Below, one piece after another: positions 25,895 to 38,790 of a DNA stretch of 64,000 nt (position 1 is the first letter of the stretch; every line of letters starts with the position of its first letter). The position numbers and the translations under genes are program-made. Source of the DNA: Octopus sinensis (lineage: Eukaryota); the NCBI RefSeq assembly GCF_006345805.1, contig NC_043007.1, positions 45,756,001 through 45,820,000 on the forward strand, written 5' to 3'. The notes beneath the pieces are model-generated. The model saw only the letters and a list, made by a program, of their open reading frames with translations, had not been told where the DNA came from and searched no databases.

Positions 25895-26875
25895 AATGTT
25901 TACAAGTATAACCATGCATATAGAATATACATATATAGTATATTTATTGCTCATTAAATATAATTCGGCACTCATGAAATATTAAATAACTGATTGGTTG
26001 TTTGATACATGATATGTTGCAGTTTTCACACTTCTCGTTAATATATTCAATTGCATCCCTTGAGTGATTGACTTCTATTGTTTGTAGTTCGTTTTGCACA
26101 TAATAATGTATGCGTGTGCATAAGATAATAAAATTACATAAAGCCATCTAGAATATAAAAGTGGATTTGTTGTCTGCCTTCTGGTTTATAAACCATTTAG
26201 AATTCATTTGATCAATTCACTAATTTACACTATCGTTTGTATGATTCGTATACACGAATGACCGAATTGCTGATCTGAAGAAAGAAATTATTATATAGAT
26301 CTCAATGTTAGTAAACATTAATATGATCAAAATTAAATAACCTGATTTTTTTAAAGAGATTTCTTTCAGCTCCTTATTGAACTGAGATGTTAAGAGTAAA
26401 CGATATAGCTGAATCAATAACTTTTGCGAAACATGATTGCTCAGCTTGAAGATCTGACGATCCGCTTGTTCAAGAATGTCTTTGAAAGCTTTCTCAGTTC
26501 TAAGAAATCAATACTGTTCTATCATTTACCGAGCAACCGAATCTACCTGCCAATACCACCTCTCTCTTATACGTTACTTACAGTGAGCCTATTTTTCCTT
26601 CCTGTCTCAAAGTGCTGCTTATAATATCATATATCACATAACTCTGAAAGTATCAACAGTAATTTATTCATAATAATCTGTTTCTATTTCATACGGACAA
26701 GTAAATGGTTATAAGTCATATAGTTGAGTTGAAACCAGAGATGAAACCAAAAAGATGGAAAAGATAAAACCAAAGTGTAACTGGTATTTTGTATAGTCCA
26801 CGTACTGATGACGGGGAAAGATGATGCATTCGGCGTTAATCGAAACAAACATGCAAAGGAATCTACAATAAAGTA

Positions 26876-28108
26876 TTGGGTCATCCATCCCATAAATAAT
26901 TCGGTTTTTATACTTCTTTTACTCTTCAAAATTAAGCTAACAAAGTTCTTTTTTAATCTGAAATATACTCCCCTTCATTTTCTACAATGTTCTTCCATCT
27001 ATCCGGTAGATTTGCAAGACTCCTCTTCTACAATTCACTTCCCTGTGACAAAAAATACTCCTCCATCTGGCCTCATCTACAGAATTCATATTTTTCAGTC
27101 CAAATGTTTTTGAGGACTGCGGAATAAATTATAATCAGATGGGAAAATGTCCGACGATATGTTTCCCATTCAAATTGTTCCAGCCTTTGGAATGTCATCC
27201 TCTCTGTATGTGGCCGAGAATTATCCTGATGGAAGAACACCTTTCGTCTTGAAACCAAATATGGTCGTTTTCTTCTAGTGCTGACTTAAAGCGCTGAAGC
27301 TGCTCGCAGTAGATTTTCTTTGCTAACGTTTGGTTTGGGATAAAAATTTCGAAGTGGATAAACCTTTCATATCACACCAAACAGATAACCACACTTTATG
27401 TGAGTGAAGACTTTCTTTAGCCTGGGACTCCTGTGTTTCTTCTTTCCCTAACCATTGACACCGGCACATTTCATTTTTATAGAGGCCCCATTTCTTGTCG
27501 CCAGTCACTATTCCGTCCAAATACGGTTTGGTCCTGAGATATGACAACAAAGAAGAGCACACATTCACTATCTGTGGATAGTTAGACACGGAGAGTTTAT
27601 GAGGAACTTATTGACCCAATTTGCTGACATTTTCGATGGCGCGCAAGTGTCGATGAATGGTTGAATGACCAAATCCAAGCTTCTCTGTTAGCTCCTCAAG
27701 AGTTACGATAGGATTTTGTTTCACCAAGGTTTGCAGGATGTACTCGTCGAGCTCTACAGGTCTTCCAGAACGTGGCTCGTCTTCTGGAACAGTCGTTGAC
27801 ACTTGCTTACGCTTATTGTCCGATCCCCATATAACTCATTAATTTTCCTCGCAGTTTCCGTTGCGTTATTGCCTTTATCGAACTCATAAAGCAAAATATG
27901 TCGAATATGCTCCCCCTTTGTCACTTCCATTAGAGCTTTGAAAAAAAATAACTGTTATAATCGAACTACACTCTTCAAAACTTGCACTAAGAATAAAGAT
28001 AAAATAAAATTCTACCTAAAACGTTCATGCAGGTATTTTGTCCTGTCCCCACTCCAATTTTTTAGTTCATGCAATTGAAAAAACCGCATTATTTATGGGA
28101 TGACACAA
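26876..28108 (-). mobile_element. Full-length but inactivated mariner element (~1.23 kb) with both TIRs and TA duplication
   Basis: TA|ttgggtcatc(catc)ccataaataattcggtttt on the left versus aaaaccgcattatttatgggatgacacaa|TA on the right. Transposase pieces EDEPRSGRPVE, IVTGDKKW and FFHQDNSRPHT are broken by frameshifts and stops. Confidence 0.95.
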
Positions 28109-29414
28109 TATTCCACAATATTGTCTGATTTCTGCCTAGAAACGAAGAAAGTACGAACACTATCCGTATAGAACGTAGAATAATATTTTCCTACCACAGA
28201 CACAACATTACTCATAATCAGAAAGGGATTCGTCTATCAGAATCATCAAGTAAAACTACCTCTGACTATAATAAAATACCAATTTCATACCTTAAATTCA
28301 AAACCTACCGGTGTAATTTACCTCTCGGTATATAGTAAATTTTACATCGTGCGATAGAAAATCCTCACATATCTTTCACCATGAATAATGTGATACTTGT
28401 GATATTAGGCAAGTGGTAAGGATGTCAGCCTGTAACTAATATTTAACGGGTATTTTATTTTATTAATACCTTGGACTGGAACAGTGCATTCTGTATTTGC
28501 TGTTGAAAGTTTATCAAGAATAGTGAAACTGTGACGATTATTTTCCACAATGTGTAACAAAGATCAAATTTCTTCCTAACTCTTGGTAGAGGGAAAATGA
28601 GTTGTGGCATTACTGAGTTGTATTTTTGAAGTCCAAAATTAAATACAAGACGCTACAGAATTCATTGACATTAAGATATTACTTTGCAGGTCTGTAAGAG
28701 AAATAGTAATTTTAAAAGTGTTCAATCTATTAAAAGTGTGATTGTTTGAATTTAACGCTATGGATTTTGAAACTGCAAAACAGGTGCTTATCATCAAATG
28801 TTACCTGAGTATATTTAAGCAATGCTACCTTTTGTAACTATATCAACAAATGGAAGATATTCTACGCTGTTATATTATGTTATATTATAAAATATTCTAC
28901 ACTGTTATAACTGTTATATTATACTTTTCATAAATGCAATATATTTATGTTAAAATATTAGCAAGTGTAAGTCATTTTATACTACAGTATTAGTATACGT
29001 AAGATCTGTTATACTATAGTTTTCGTAAATGTAATTAATCTTATGTTGTAATAAGAGAAAATATTACAATATTAGCAAACTTAAGCTATCTCACGTCTTA
29101 GTATTCGTAAATATATTTCATAAATTTAGTTTGCAAAAATACTTTTTACTTTATGATACAATATTAATTAATTTAGGCCATTTTACATTACAATCCTAAG
29201 AAATGTAGGCAAATGAAATGTTACAATATTAACAAGTACTTGTAAAAGGAGTTGTAACAGATGTGTTACACTATCGTATATTCTTGCCAAAGCTCAGAGG
29301 CCAAAATATGAGATTCTGATATACCATAGATAAAATTGTGAACGCCTTCATACAATATAATACAATATAATATATTATAATATACATACAGACATACATA
29401 CATACATACATACA

Positions 29415-29450
<36 letters not shown>

Positions 29451-29838
29451 TACATATATATAATGTAATATAAATATGGTTCATGTCTATGCACATACAT
29501 GCAAACTCACATATATACATATATATTATTTTCACTGGCACGTTTTATCACCACATATAGATTTGAATGAAACGGTGTCTTCAGTGTTGTTCAATTAAAA
29601 CGTTGCACTCGCGCAATAGAAGGCAGGAAGTACAGCTGGTCATTTCAGCCGCTGTCTACAAATAATGCATTTTATATCGCTACACTCAGATGTCATGAAT
29701 CCCATCACGTATTCATTTGACAACTAGGGATCAAAGTTAGATAAGAGTATTCAAGCACTTTATTATGCATAAATATTGATAAGTTTTTAGTAGAAGTAGA
29801 AGCTTTATATGAAGATATGGAAGGTGAAGATTATCGGA

Positions 29839-29889
<51 letters not shown>

Positions 29890-32339
29890 CTATGTATATC
29901 GATCAAAGTGTAGCTTAAGTCTAAAGATAAAATAAGAATAAAAACAACGATGAATGCATTGCAAGCAAATTGAAATATAAAATAAAAGTAAAAAATATAT
30001 AAGTGGAAAAAAAACGAAAGCCAGTACAATGAATCTGTTATTAATCTATTCTTATATTCTGTTATGAATCTATTTGATGTAGGAGAAAATACAATCTGGA
30101 GATTTTTTTACAACAACTGGAAGCGTCACTATTTTTATGATGGTGGTTTTGCTCGCTAAACAAAAGATTTATAAAGCCTACCATATAAATAAATTAATAT
30201 TCATCGAAAAGCTACTTTCTCATAACAAAAAAAAAACAACTTAAGTGTAAGTGTCATATGTTATGCTATCCCCGCTTCTTATTGTCTGCGTATAGTGTAT
30301 ATCTATTGGAGAGTGAATTAGTTAGGCTTTAGCTACCATTCTTTTGTGTTTCATGGAAAATTCCAGACGTTGCGACCCTGTGTTCAGTATCTCACTCAGT
30401 AAATAATATTATGTAATTGAACTGGTATGGTTTAATTACACAGGCCTGTAAAGTGTGTTTAAATTATACTTAGTTAACAAGCTTCTATGTACACCTATTC
30501 TAAACGCAGGACAATGATTTTCAGTATATTCTTTTGTATTTATAAAGAGAAATAAGGATTGGCACTAATCTAAGGAGGATAATAGCAATTACTGGTTGCA
30601 ACTGGAATAACCAGCAATGAGTATGAATTCAAAATAACTAAGATATAAATACAATAGATAAAAATGAGTGTGTCGTTTGCTGAAATAACCCCTACAAACG
30701 CTATTACTGCGAAAGCCGTAATAGTGGAAATTGCATTACACCTAACTAACTGATGTAATTCACGAAACGTGAATCTATTTATTATTCAGTAGCTACTTCT
30801 CTTTCTATTTTCGTGCAAGTCTAATGAATATAACTATAATACTGGGTTTACCAAATCATTCATTCATTCAATCATCTGCTAAAATCGATTCAACTTTACT
30901 GATGCTATTATTGGTCGATGAAATGAATGTTGTTTAGAAATTAGAAAATTCATTTCACTTCTTGCATTAGATACACTGAAATTAAGCCGCCGTCGCGTTA
31001 TCCTCTTGCATTATTGTAGAGGTTGCTAGAATCAGCAGCCAAATTTCCTGCAGATCACAGTTATACCGTCTTAAATGCAGGACACATTTGAGAATGTTGT
31101 CATTGCGATGTAAAAATAGGAAATCGTAATGGTAGAGCCACACTTTAGCATATGTTTGTTGAATTATTGCTGACCATGGCTAAAATTCTAACATAAAGAA
31201 TATAATTAAACGTGTTAGCCAAAGACATGTACATGTAACAATGTAAAGGGACTGCTGAAATAAATGATTTTCTAGATCTATTTAGCGATACTTTCATCAC
31301 GACTGTTGTTTGTTTATTAAGATCTGTGGAGATTAAAATATGCTTTGTGCTTTCTGCATTAAGTTCTCGAATGACTAAAATAACATTTCTCATTGACAAA
31401 TATTTTATTTAACTCTCGGCATATTAACGGAAGAAAACAGCGAAATATTTAAGTGCCTGAGATCGTCATTCGTAGTTGGCGAATTAACCAAAATTAGCGA
31501 GTCGTAAAAAATTTGCAGTTTATAAATTTCCTTAATTTCATTTTGTTTTATAAATTTATCTGTGTCGATAAAAGGTTTTTATTATGTTAAATATTTTATC
31601 GATGATGATTAAAATAACGGACATAGTTTATTGATAAATTATGATTAAGAGATTTTAAAGCGTTAGTAATGATAAATCAGTTAAGACAATTAGATATCCC
31701 GCATTTTAACTAAAAATCTCTCTCTGTAAACAATTTCTTGAGAAATTTGATACACAATGATGTTTTTCTTTCCTCGATTTTTCTCATGCTTTCGGGATTA
31801 ACATACTCTAATCATGATGACTTATTGAGCTCTAGTAAAATGGACATATTGTTAATTGTTCATGGTCGAATATCGTGGCGGTGTATAAATCCCTGCCTTC
31901 TTGGAAGTCTGAGTTGCACTTTCTTTATTGTCATTGAATATAAGTAGAGTAGAAAACGGATTCTTTCCATCACTTTCAAACTCTTGGTGGCATTTTAGTT
32001 GTAGATTTCAACATCGGCAGCCAAGTTAAAGTTGAACTGAGGCTGAAAGCCTCAACAACAGATCTAGTGAAAATTGGAGTTAGTTTGCCGGTTTTTATTG
32101 TAATGTACTTATCCAACGGATAAACTGCGTAAAACATTTGTAGCTGCTCCAGATGTCAAACTTAGAAACAATGGAGAGATATCAGACATAATGAATGATT
32201 TAACTGGTTCAGTTTGTAGCAGACTCAATGTCCATTTAGCTGTCTCTAATTTATCTTTATTGAGAATTATAAGAAAGGAATGGCAGTAATTCTTCCATCC
32301 TCCGTAAGCACATGCCTATGTTTTACATTGATCTAATGA

Positions 32340-33090
32340 CATGTGAGGGCTTCACATGCATGGGAAGGTCTATTCCGAACCAATTGGACACCAATTGGGA
32401 TTCTTTTAAATCCCGTTATGCCACATTCGATCATCATCAGTTTTACTATTAGCAAGCATAAGGTTATCATTTTTTTCTCAAAAACTATTCCTTCAGCTTG
32501 GGATAGCGGGCAAACTGAAACAGCCCTTGAGCTAGTTTATTCTTGTCGAAATTCTTAGTGCTTGAGCAGAAACTCAGTCCAAGCTCTAAGACAGAGACAT
32601 CGTCAGGTGAAAGTTTTAGTTTACATAACCTTATGACCGACTTATTCGCGAGTGTGATGGATTTCTTGGGCAAGTGTTTTTCAGAGTCACACTTTCATTA
32701 GATTCCTGACTACATTTTGGACTTTGCCCGAAATCTTCATTTAAAGCATAGAACCTATTGGGTGATAAAAATTAAAAATTGTTCTGAACGTTCATGTGAG
32801 AAATCATAATTTTATTCATCTTTCTTGGAGTAATCCATTACTGTGTAGATGATTGAAAGTGAGTAACATCTGTGTTTTTTTAGACATTTGAAAAAACCTT
32901 TACTTTCAGGGAAGGAGCACATTTTTTTTTGTTTGCGAGGCAAAACATTGAATGTGCTAGCATGTTTGACTGATAATAAAAACTTTTCTGGAGTGTTTCC
33001 AATAACCATTTCAAATGCGTACGCCAGGGCAAAACGATCACAATCCACGTGGGAACGCTGGTTGCCGTCGTTCTTATTTTGGACTTGACT
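32340..33090 (-). mobile_element. 5' part of a PLE ORF, apparently with an N-terminal Ulp1/C48-like protease domain (decayed)
   Basis: KSVIRLCKLKLSPDDVSVLELGLSFCSSTKNFDKNKLAQGLFQFARYPKLKE matches the PLE pre-RT motif. Upstream on the same strand is QRSHVDCDRFALAYAFEMVIGNTPEKF..QSNMLAHSMFCL..FP. Confidence 0.65.
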
Positions 33091-33291
33091 TCCTATCATT
33101 TTGGATTTCTATGTATCACATTTCATTTTGAACTCGGTAAAGACAGGTTAGCTGTCAAAACATCATTCAACCAATAAAATATCTATTGTAATCGCATCGT
33201 GTTCTTCGTATTGTATATTTAACTTTGTGAACAGTTACGTCAATTCTTTTAAAATAAAATAATAAAAATAACAACAGCAACAATAACAATA

Positions 33292-34945
33292 AGAGGGATT
33301 TTCCAGAGTGTGAGCCTATCTCCGTTGCTTTTCGTTCTCTGCATGATACCCCTGACCTTGGTACTCAGGAAAATTAACCTGCGGTGTTAACTAAGGGGGA
33401 AATCCCAAACAATCAACCACCTCCTCTGCATGGATGATTTGAAGCTGTATATCAAAGATGAGAAACAAGTGATTTCCTTGGTGAACACGGTCCATTGTTT
33501 TAGTACTGATATTAGAATGGGATTTGGACTCAAGAAGTGTGCAATAATCTACATAGAAAGGGGAAACATACTGTTGTAGCAGGGATAGAATTACCGAATA
33601 GAGACTTGAATAAGCAAATTGAAACAGGATGTAAATACCTCGGTCTACTAGAGTGCAACGCGATAATGGAAAAAAAAAATGAAAGAGCAACTGAGAATGG
33701 AGTATTTCCGAAGACTGAGGTTGGTGCTGCGCTCAAAATTGACTGGATGGAATAAAATCCTGGCAGTTATTACGTGGGCGATAGAATCACTTCGTTATGG
33801 AGCGGGCATTATAAAATGGCAAAAGAAAGAAAAAGAGAAAATGGATACCAAGACCAGGAAAATGTTGACAGTACAAGTAGCCGTCAACCCTAAGCATGAC
33901 ACCGATGACCTGTACTTGTACAGAGAGGTTTGATCTGTTGCCAGGCTATATCGAAGCAGAGGAAGGCCACCTAGGGTGGTACTTAAAAAATACTGTGGTG
34001 CCACTGCTGAAACAGACAAAAAAGGCCGATGTCATCAAAACAGAAAATTATGTAACTAAAGAAAGATTTAAAGAAATGAACAAAAAAGAAAAAGCTTGGA
34101 AGGAAATGAAAATGTACGGTCAGGTTGCAAGAGATGTGAACACCAAGACAGACGCAGGTTAACGGTGGCTATGGATGAGGAGGATTGACCTGAAGATAAA
34201 GACAGAAGCACTCATGTGCGTAGCTTAGGAACAACCGTTCAGGATCAAGTATATGAAGTGCAGAATAGAAAACATTACCGATAGCGACAAATGCAGAATG
34301 CATGGTGAGAGGGGTGAAACGTTAAGGCACATCGTTAGCGAATGCCCGAAATTGGCACAAAGTGAATACAAAAGATGCCATGACAATGTGGCAAGAACAA
34401 TCCATTGGGAACTCTGAGGAAATCATGGCCTACAAAGAGCAAAATCGTGGTATCAGCAAACTCCAGAAGGAGTCACCGAAAATGAGAATTACAAAATCAT
34501 GTGGGGTGCAATGATTCAGTGCGATCGCCTGACCAGACATCGGAAACCGGACATTGTGTGGGGGATAAAAAACAAGGGACATGTATGATAAACGACATAG
34601 CTTGCCCCGGTGACAACAGGTTCAATGCGAAAGAAGAAGAAAAAATATACAACTATGACGATTTCAAGTGGGAAATACGAAAGTTGTGGTCAAAGAAGAG
34701 AGTAGACGTGATACCAAGAGTAACTGGTGCATTTGGAAGTTTCAGCACTGAACTACCAACATGGCTGAGAAATATCGGTGCAAGCGTGAAGGTAGAACAC
34801 CTACAAAAATGCGTGTTGCTTGGAACTGCAAGAATTCTTTGCAAGGTTCTTGAAGCATAACCAGTACAAAACGTGTCCACTTAGTCTGCTGGCTGTGGAC
34901 AAATGACATTTTCCATTATACCCAGCAGTATAGGCTGTGAGTTTT
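33292..34945 (+). mobile_element. 5'-truncated R4/Dong-type non-LTR retrotransposon (RT, CCHC, restriction-like endonuclease), decayed
   Basis: GIFQSVSLSPLLFVLCMIPL, HLLCMDDLKLY, YLG, CRMHGERGETLRHIVSECP, CHDNVARTIHW, RKPDIV, DIACPGD..EEEKIYNY, LQKCVLLGTARIL; stop at 34858-34860. AAT/AAC-rich tracts lie on both flanks. Confidence 0.93.
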
Positions 34946-36552
34946 AATAGAACAAGAACAACAAAAATAACAATACCAATGATGATAATAATAATAATAA
35001 ATAAATAAATAATTGGTGAGACTAGGAAGAGCTGGTATAAAATTTACAATACCAACAAGGTCATCATCACTAAAAATACTAATGATAAAGTGGTTTCTTA
35101 TTTGGGGAGGGTATAATCTATATCACCGTCTCAGATACTTGATTGATATTATATTTCATTGGACCCGCAGCGATGAAATAACAACTTGAACTTTATTGAA
35201 TTTGAACTCAAATTGTGTAATAAGTCAGAAGTACTGCGAGTCATTTTGTCTGAGCCATTATTGTTTCTGCCAATCGAAACAATACTAATATTTCTTTCCA
35301 AACGACTCTATGCATGCAATAAGAGACGTATCGTACAAAAGATTCAATAACATGTGAGGATGTATGGGTATATATTATGGACTTGGGGTGCAGCACTCCT
35401 ACAATGAGAAATAAATCAGCTTCATGATTTGGTTGCACGAAGCATACATGAGACTGACCGTCCCACAGGAAAATGAAAATCCATCGTTTCGGTAAGATCA
35501 GGATATTTCACAACGGGTAATCCAGCTTTATTCATATGTAATACAAACTGATATTAAAGTGGGCTTCAGCCATCATTCATTTTGCGGGGTCACACTGTTC
35601 TCTTTCTTTGAACCTACTGAAATTCATGCTTGCACGCACTTACGCAAGTTATTTCAATCTTCCCTCTCTTAAATATTTTTATTCACTCACTCACTCACTC
35701 ACTCACTCACCCACCTACTCACCCACCCACTCACTCACTCACCCACTCACAGTATTGCGTTATGCTACATTATTCAGTCTGTCCTTTTTTTGACATGATA
35801 TGTCATATAACAAAGATTTGGCTGTTAATTCTAGCTGGTCCATGTTTTCCCTCTATATTTGGAGCAATTTACTCCTATAATCCAAGTAGGCTGGTCTCCT
35901 GTCGCATGTATTAAGTTATTGCAGACTAAGTATGTTTTCCTATTTCTATAAGCTAAGATATTCCTGTCCTTGACCAAGTTTCGGCACTCAAATTTTAGCC
36001 CATATGCCAGTTTACAGAAACTCCATCCAAGCTGAAAATTTTACTTTCGCTTTCAACTTTAAAATGAGCGTCAAACATAGATCTTACCTTTGTTGGAGGG
36101 CCTGCAAAAGCCATGAATATCGTGTCTTCGTACTCAACAAACCATTTAAAATAAAGAGGAAACCATTCTCTTTTGTCTTTTATTTCTCAGTTCAGATTTT
36201 AAATACTGACCTTGTGATTTATCTATCTGATGTTGATAAGAAATAGATACCAGTAAGATTATACAAGAAATGGGAAAGTATATATTCCAGTCTGGAAAAC
36301 ATGTCTCTTTGCCTACAACATAAATCAATACTTATCAGCATTTATATACGCATTAGTAATGCGATACACAGAACTGAATTTGAAAATCGAAACGTACCAA
36401 CGTTGATATAAACAACACACATATTTTCCATACATAATTTACATATAATTTCCACCCACTCCTTCCTCTATCTCTCACAATTAACCCTTCTATTATATAT
36501 ATATGTGTGTGTACATGTGTTGTGTACTTATTTATTTTTCTCTCTTGGTACA

Positions 36553-36689
<137 letters not shown>

Positions 36690-37377
36690 TTATTTATACA
36701 CGCGCACATACATATGTCTTCTTAGTGAAATTTCAATTGTAAGAGATGCAATACACTATATGTCTCCTATAAATAATTCATTTCCACAAACACACACACA
36801 AGCTCGCACATACGTACGCACAAACGAAAGCAGTCTTGGAACAGACATAATATAATTCCCATCATTCTCCCACAATAAAACTATAAGATCGGAAATTTTG
36901 CGAAGGGGGATCTAAGAAATGTATAATTTCAAACAAAATATAATTCTGAATAAACAACAAAAAAGCTGAAAGCAATAAATTTTCGATACATTAGTAACAA
37001 AAGGTGTTTCTTATTGAGAGACAACAACTCAACTCCCTCTCTGTACTATATATATGTATTATAATAACAATAACTCTAGTATGGAATTTATAAATAATTA
37101 ATACATCGCTACGCGCGTTTTCATAAACCATATGACTATAACATGCTTGAGATGATGTTTATCCCTTCTTGCCAGTGTGAAAGCCAATCTATCTATGTGG
37201 GTATTTCTGTGCACTTGGTTCTGTGGGGGTAGGTAATGGAAGTAGAGGAAGTAATGGTAGAAATATATATATTGTCCCTTTACGAATATAGCTTAAAAAT
37301 TGTCCCGTTGGGAATGTAAGTTAAGAATAACTATCCGATATAAATCAGTTTGAATTTGAAATTTAAGAATCAAATTA

Positions 37378-37843
37378 AACATTGCAGTGTGGGAGCATTC
37401 CATTTTCCCTGCAAGTTCACTTGTTGTTTGACGAGAATTTTCGTGCAAAAGTTGGTTTAATCGCTCTTCATCGAACTCAACTTGACGGCCAGAACGAGGT
37501 GCGTCTTTGAAGTCAAAATTTCCATTTTTGAACTTGGCATACCAATCACGAGCAGTTCTTCCAGCTATGGCACCCTCTCCATACACAGCACAAATGTCGT
37601 GAGCAGCTTTTGCAGCCTTAGAATCTTGACTAAAAGCAAAAAGAAGGAGGTGACGAAAATGCTCGTTTTTCTGAACTTGACATTCCATTTTCATGATCTG
37701 AATATAAACAAGAATTAACTAAAATTAACTAGAAAAAAAAATTCCAAAATGATTCAAAAATAGAATTGTCGAAAAGATAGATTCCAAACGCAATAAATTC
37801 CAGAATTAAAAAAAAAACAGCTGGAACTTAGTTGCCAATCCAA
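37378..37843 (-). mobile_element. Mariner 5' fragment (TIR plus bipartite HTH DNA-binding domain)
   Basis: MECQVQKNEHFRHLLLFAF..AAKAAHDICAVYGEGAIA.RTARDWYAKFKNGNFDFKDAPRSGR..QTTSELA. TIR ttggattggcaactaagttccag next to TA. Catalytic domain absent. Confidence 0.9.
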
Positions 37844-38069
37844 TATATAAACATAACGACGTACGTATTCATACTTAATATGATCCAGCAAATCTCCTTT
37901 TTAGGCATACTAGAAGAACGGCGTAATCTGACCATCCCCATTTTCCACGCAGGTGATGAATTATTATTTGAAGTATATAATTAAACTTAAAATCGTTTTC
38001 AAATTCTGATACAACTATCGGCAAAATATACCTTTGAGGAATTTGAACAAGAATGTATATTCCGGAGGA

Positions 38070-38307
38070 ATACCTATTTCTTTATTACCCACAAGGGGCT
38101 AAACATAGAGAGGACAAACAAGGACAGACATAGGTATTAAGTCGATTCCATCGACCCCAGTGCGTGACTGGTACTTAATTTATCGACCCCGAAAGGATGA
38201 AAGGCAAAGTCGACCTCGGCGGAGTTTGAACTCAGAACGTAGCAGCAGACAAAATACCGCTAAGCATTTCGCCCGGCGTGCTAACGTTTCTGCCAGCTCG
38301 CCGCCTT
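38070..38307 (-). mobile_element. SINE family B monomer with tail type 1
   Basis: Reverse complement of ggcggcgagctggcagaaacgttagcacgccgggcgaaatgcttagcggtatttt..gagttcaaactccgccgaggtcgactttgcctttcatcctttcggggtcgataaa..gccccttgtgggtaataaagaaataggtatt. Confidence 0.92.
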
Positions 38308-38435
38308 TAAATACCGCCACACATTTTGTCGGGCGTGCTAAAGATTAATCAAAACTAATAATTCGTTATATTATAGGCCCACGGTTAAATCGGCGAACTG
38401 GCAGTAAAGTATTGTGGGTAGTAAAGAAATATATA

Positions 38436-38790
38436 AGGCGGCGAGCTGGCATAAACGTTAGCACGCCGGGCAAAATGCTTAGCGGTATTTCGTCTGCTGC
38501 TACGTTTAGAGTTGAAATTCCGCTGAGGTCGACTTTGCCTTTCATCCTTTCGGGATGTTACGCACTGGAGTCGATGTAATCGACTTAATCCGTTTGTCTG
38601 TCCTTGTTCGTCCCCTTTGTGTTTAGCCACTTGTGGGTAGTAAAGAAATAGGTATTTCGGCCGTCGCTACGCTCTGAGTTCAAATTCCCCTGAGATCGAT
38701 TTTGGCTTTTATCCTTTTAAGATCGATAAATTAAGTATCAGTCAATTACTGGGATCGATGTGATCGATTGTCGCCCTCCCCACAAAAACC
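38436..38790 (+). mobile_element. SINE family B dimer (head-body-tail1-body-partial tail2)
   Basis: Full head at 38436. The second body restarts at gtatttcg (38652) immediately after gtaaagaaatag. Confidence 0.88.

Noticed and set aside
26800-26860. CTGATGA..CGAAAC spacing resembling a hammerhead
   Set aside because: No convincing stem II and no GUH cleavage triplet with stem I pairing.
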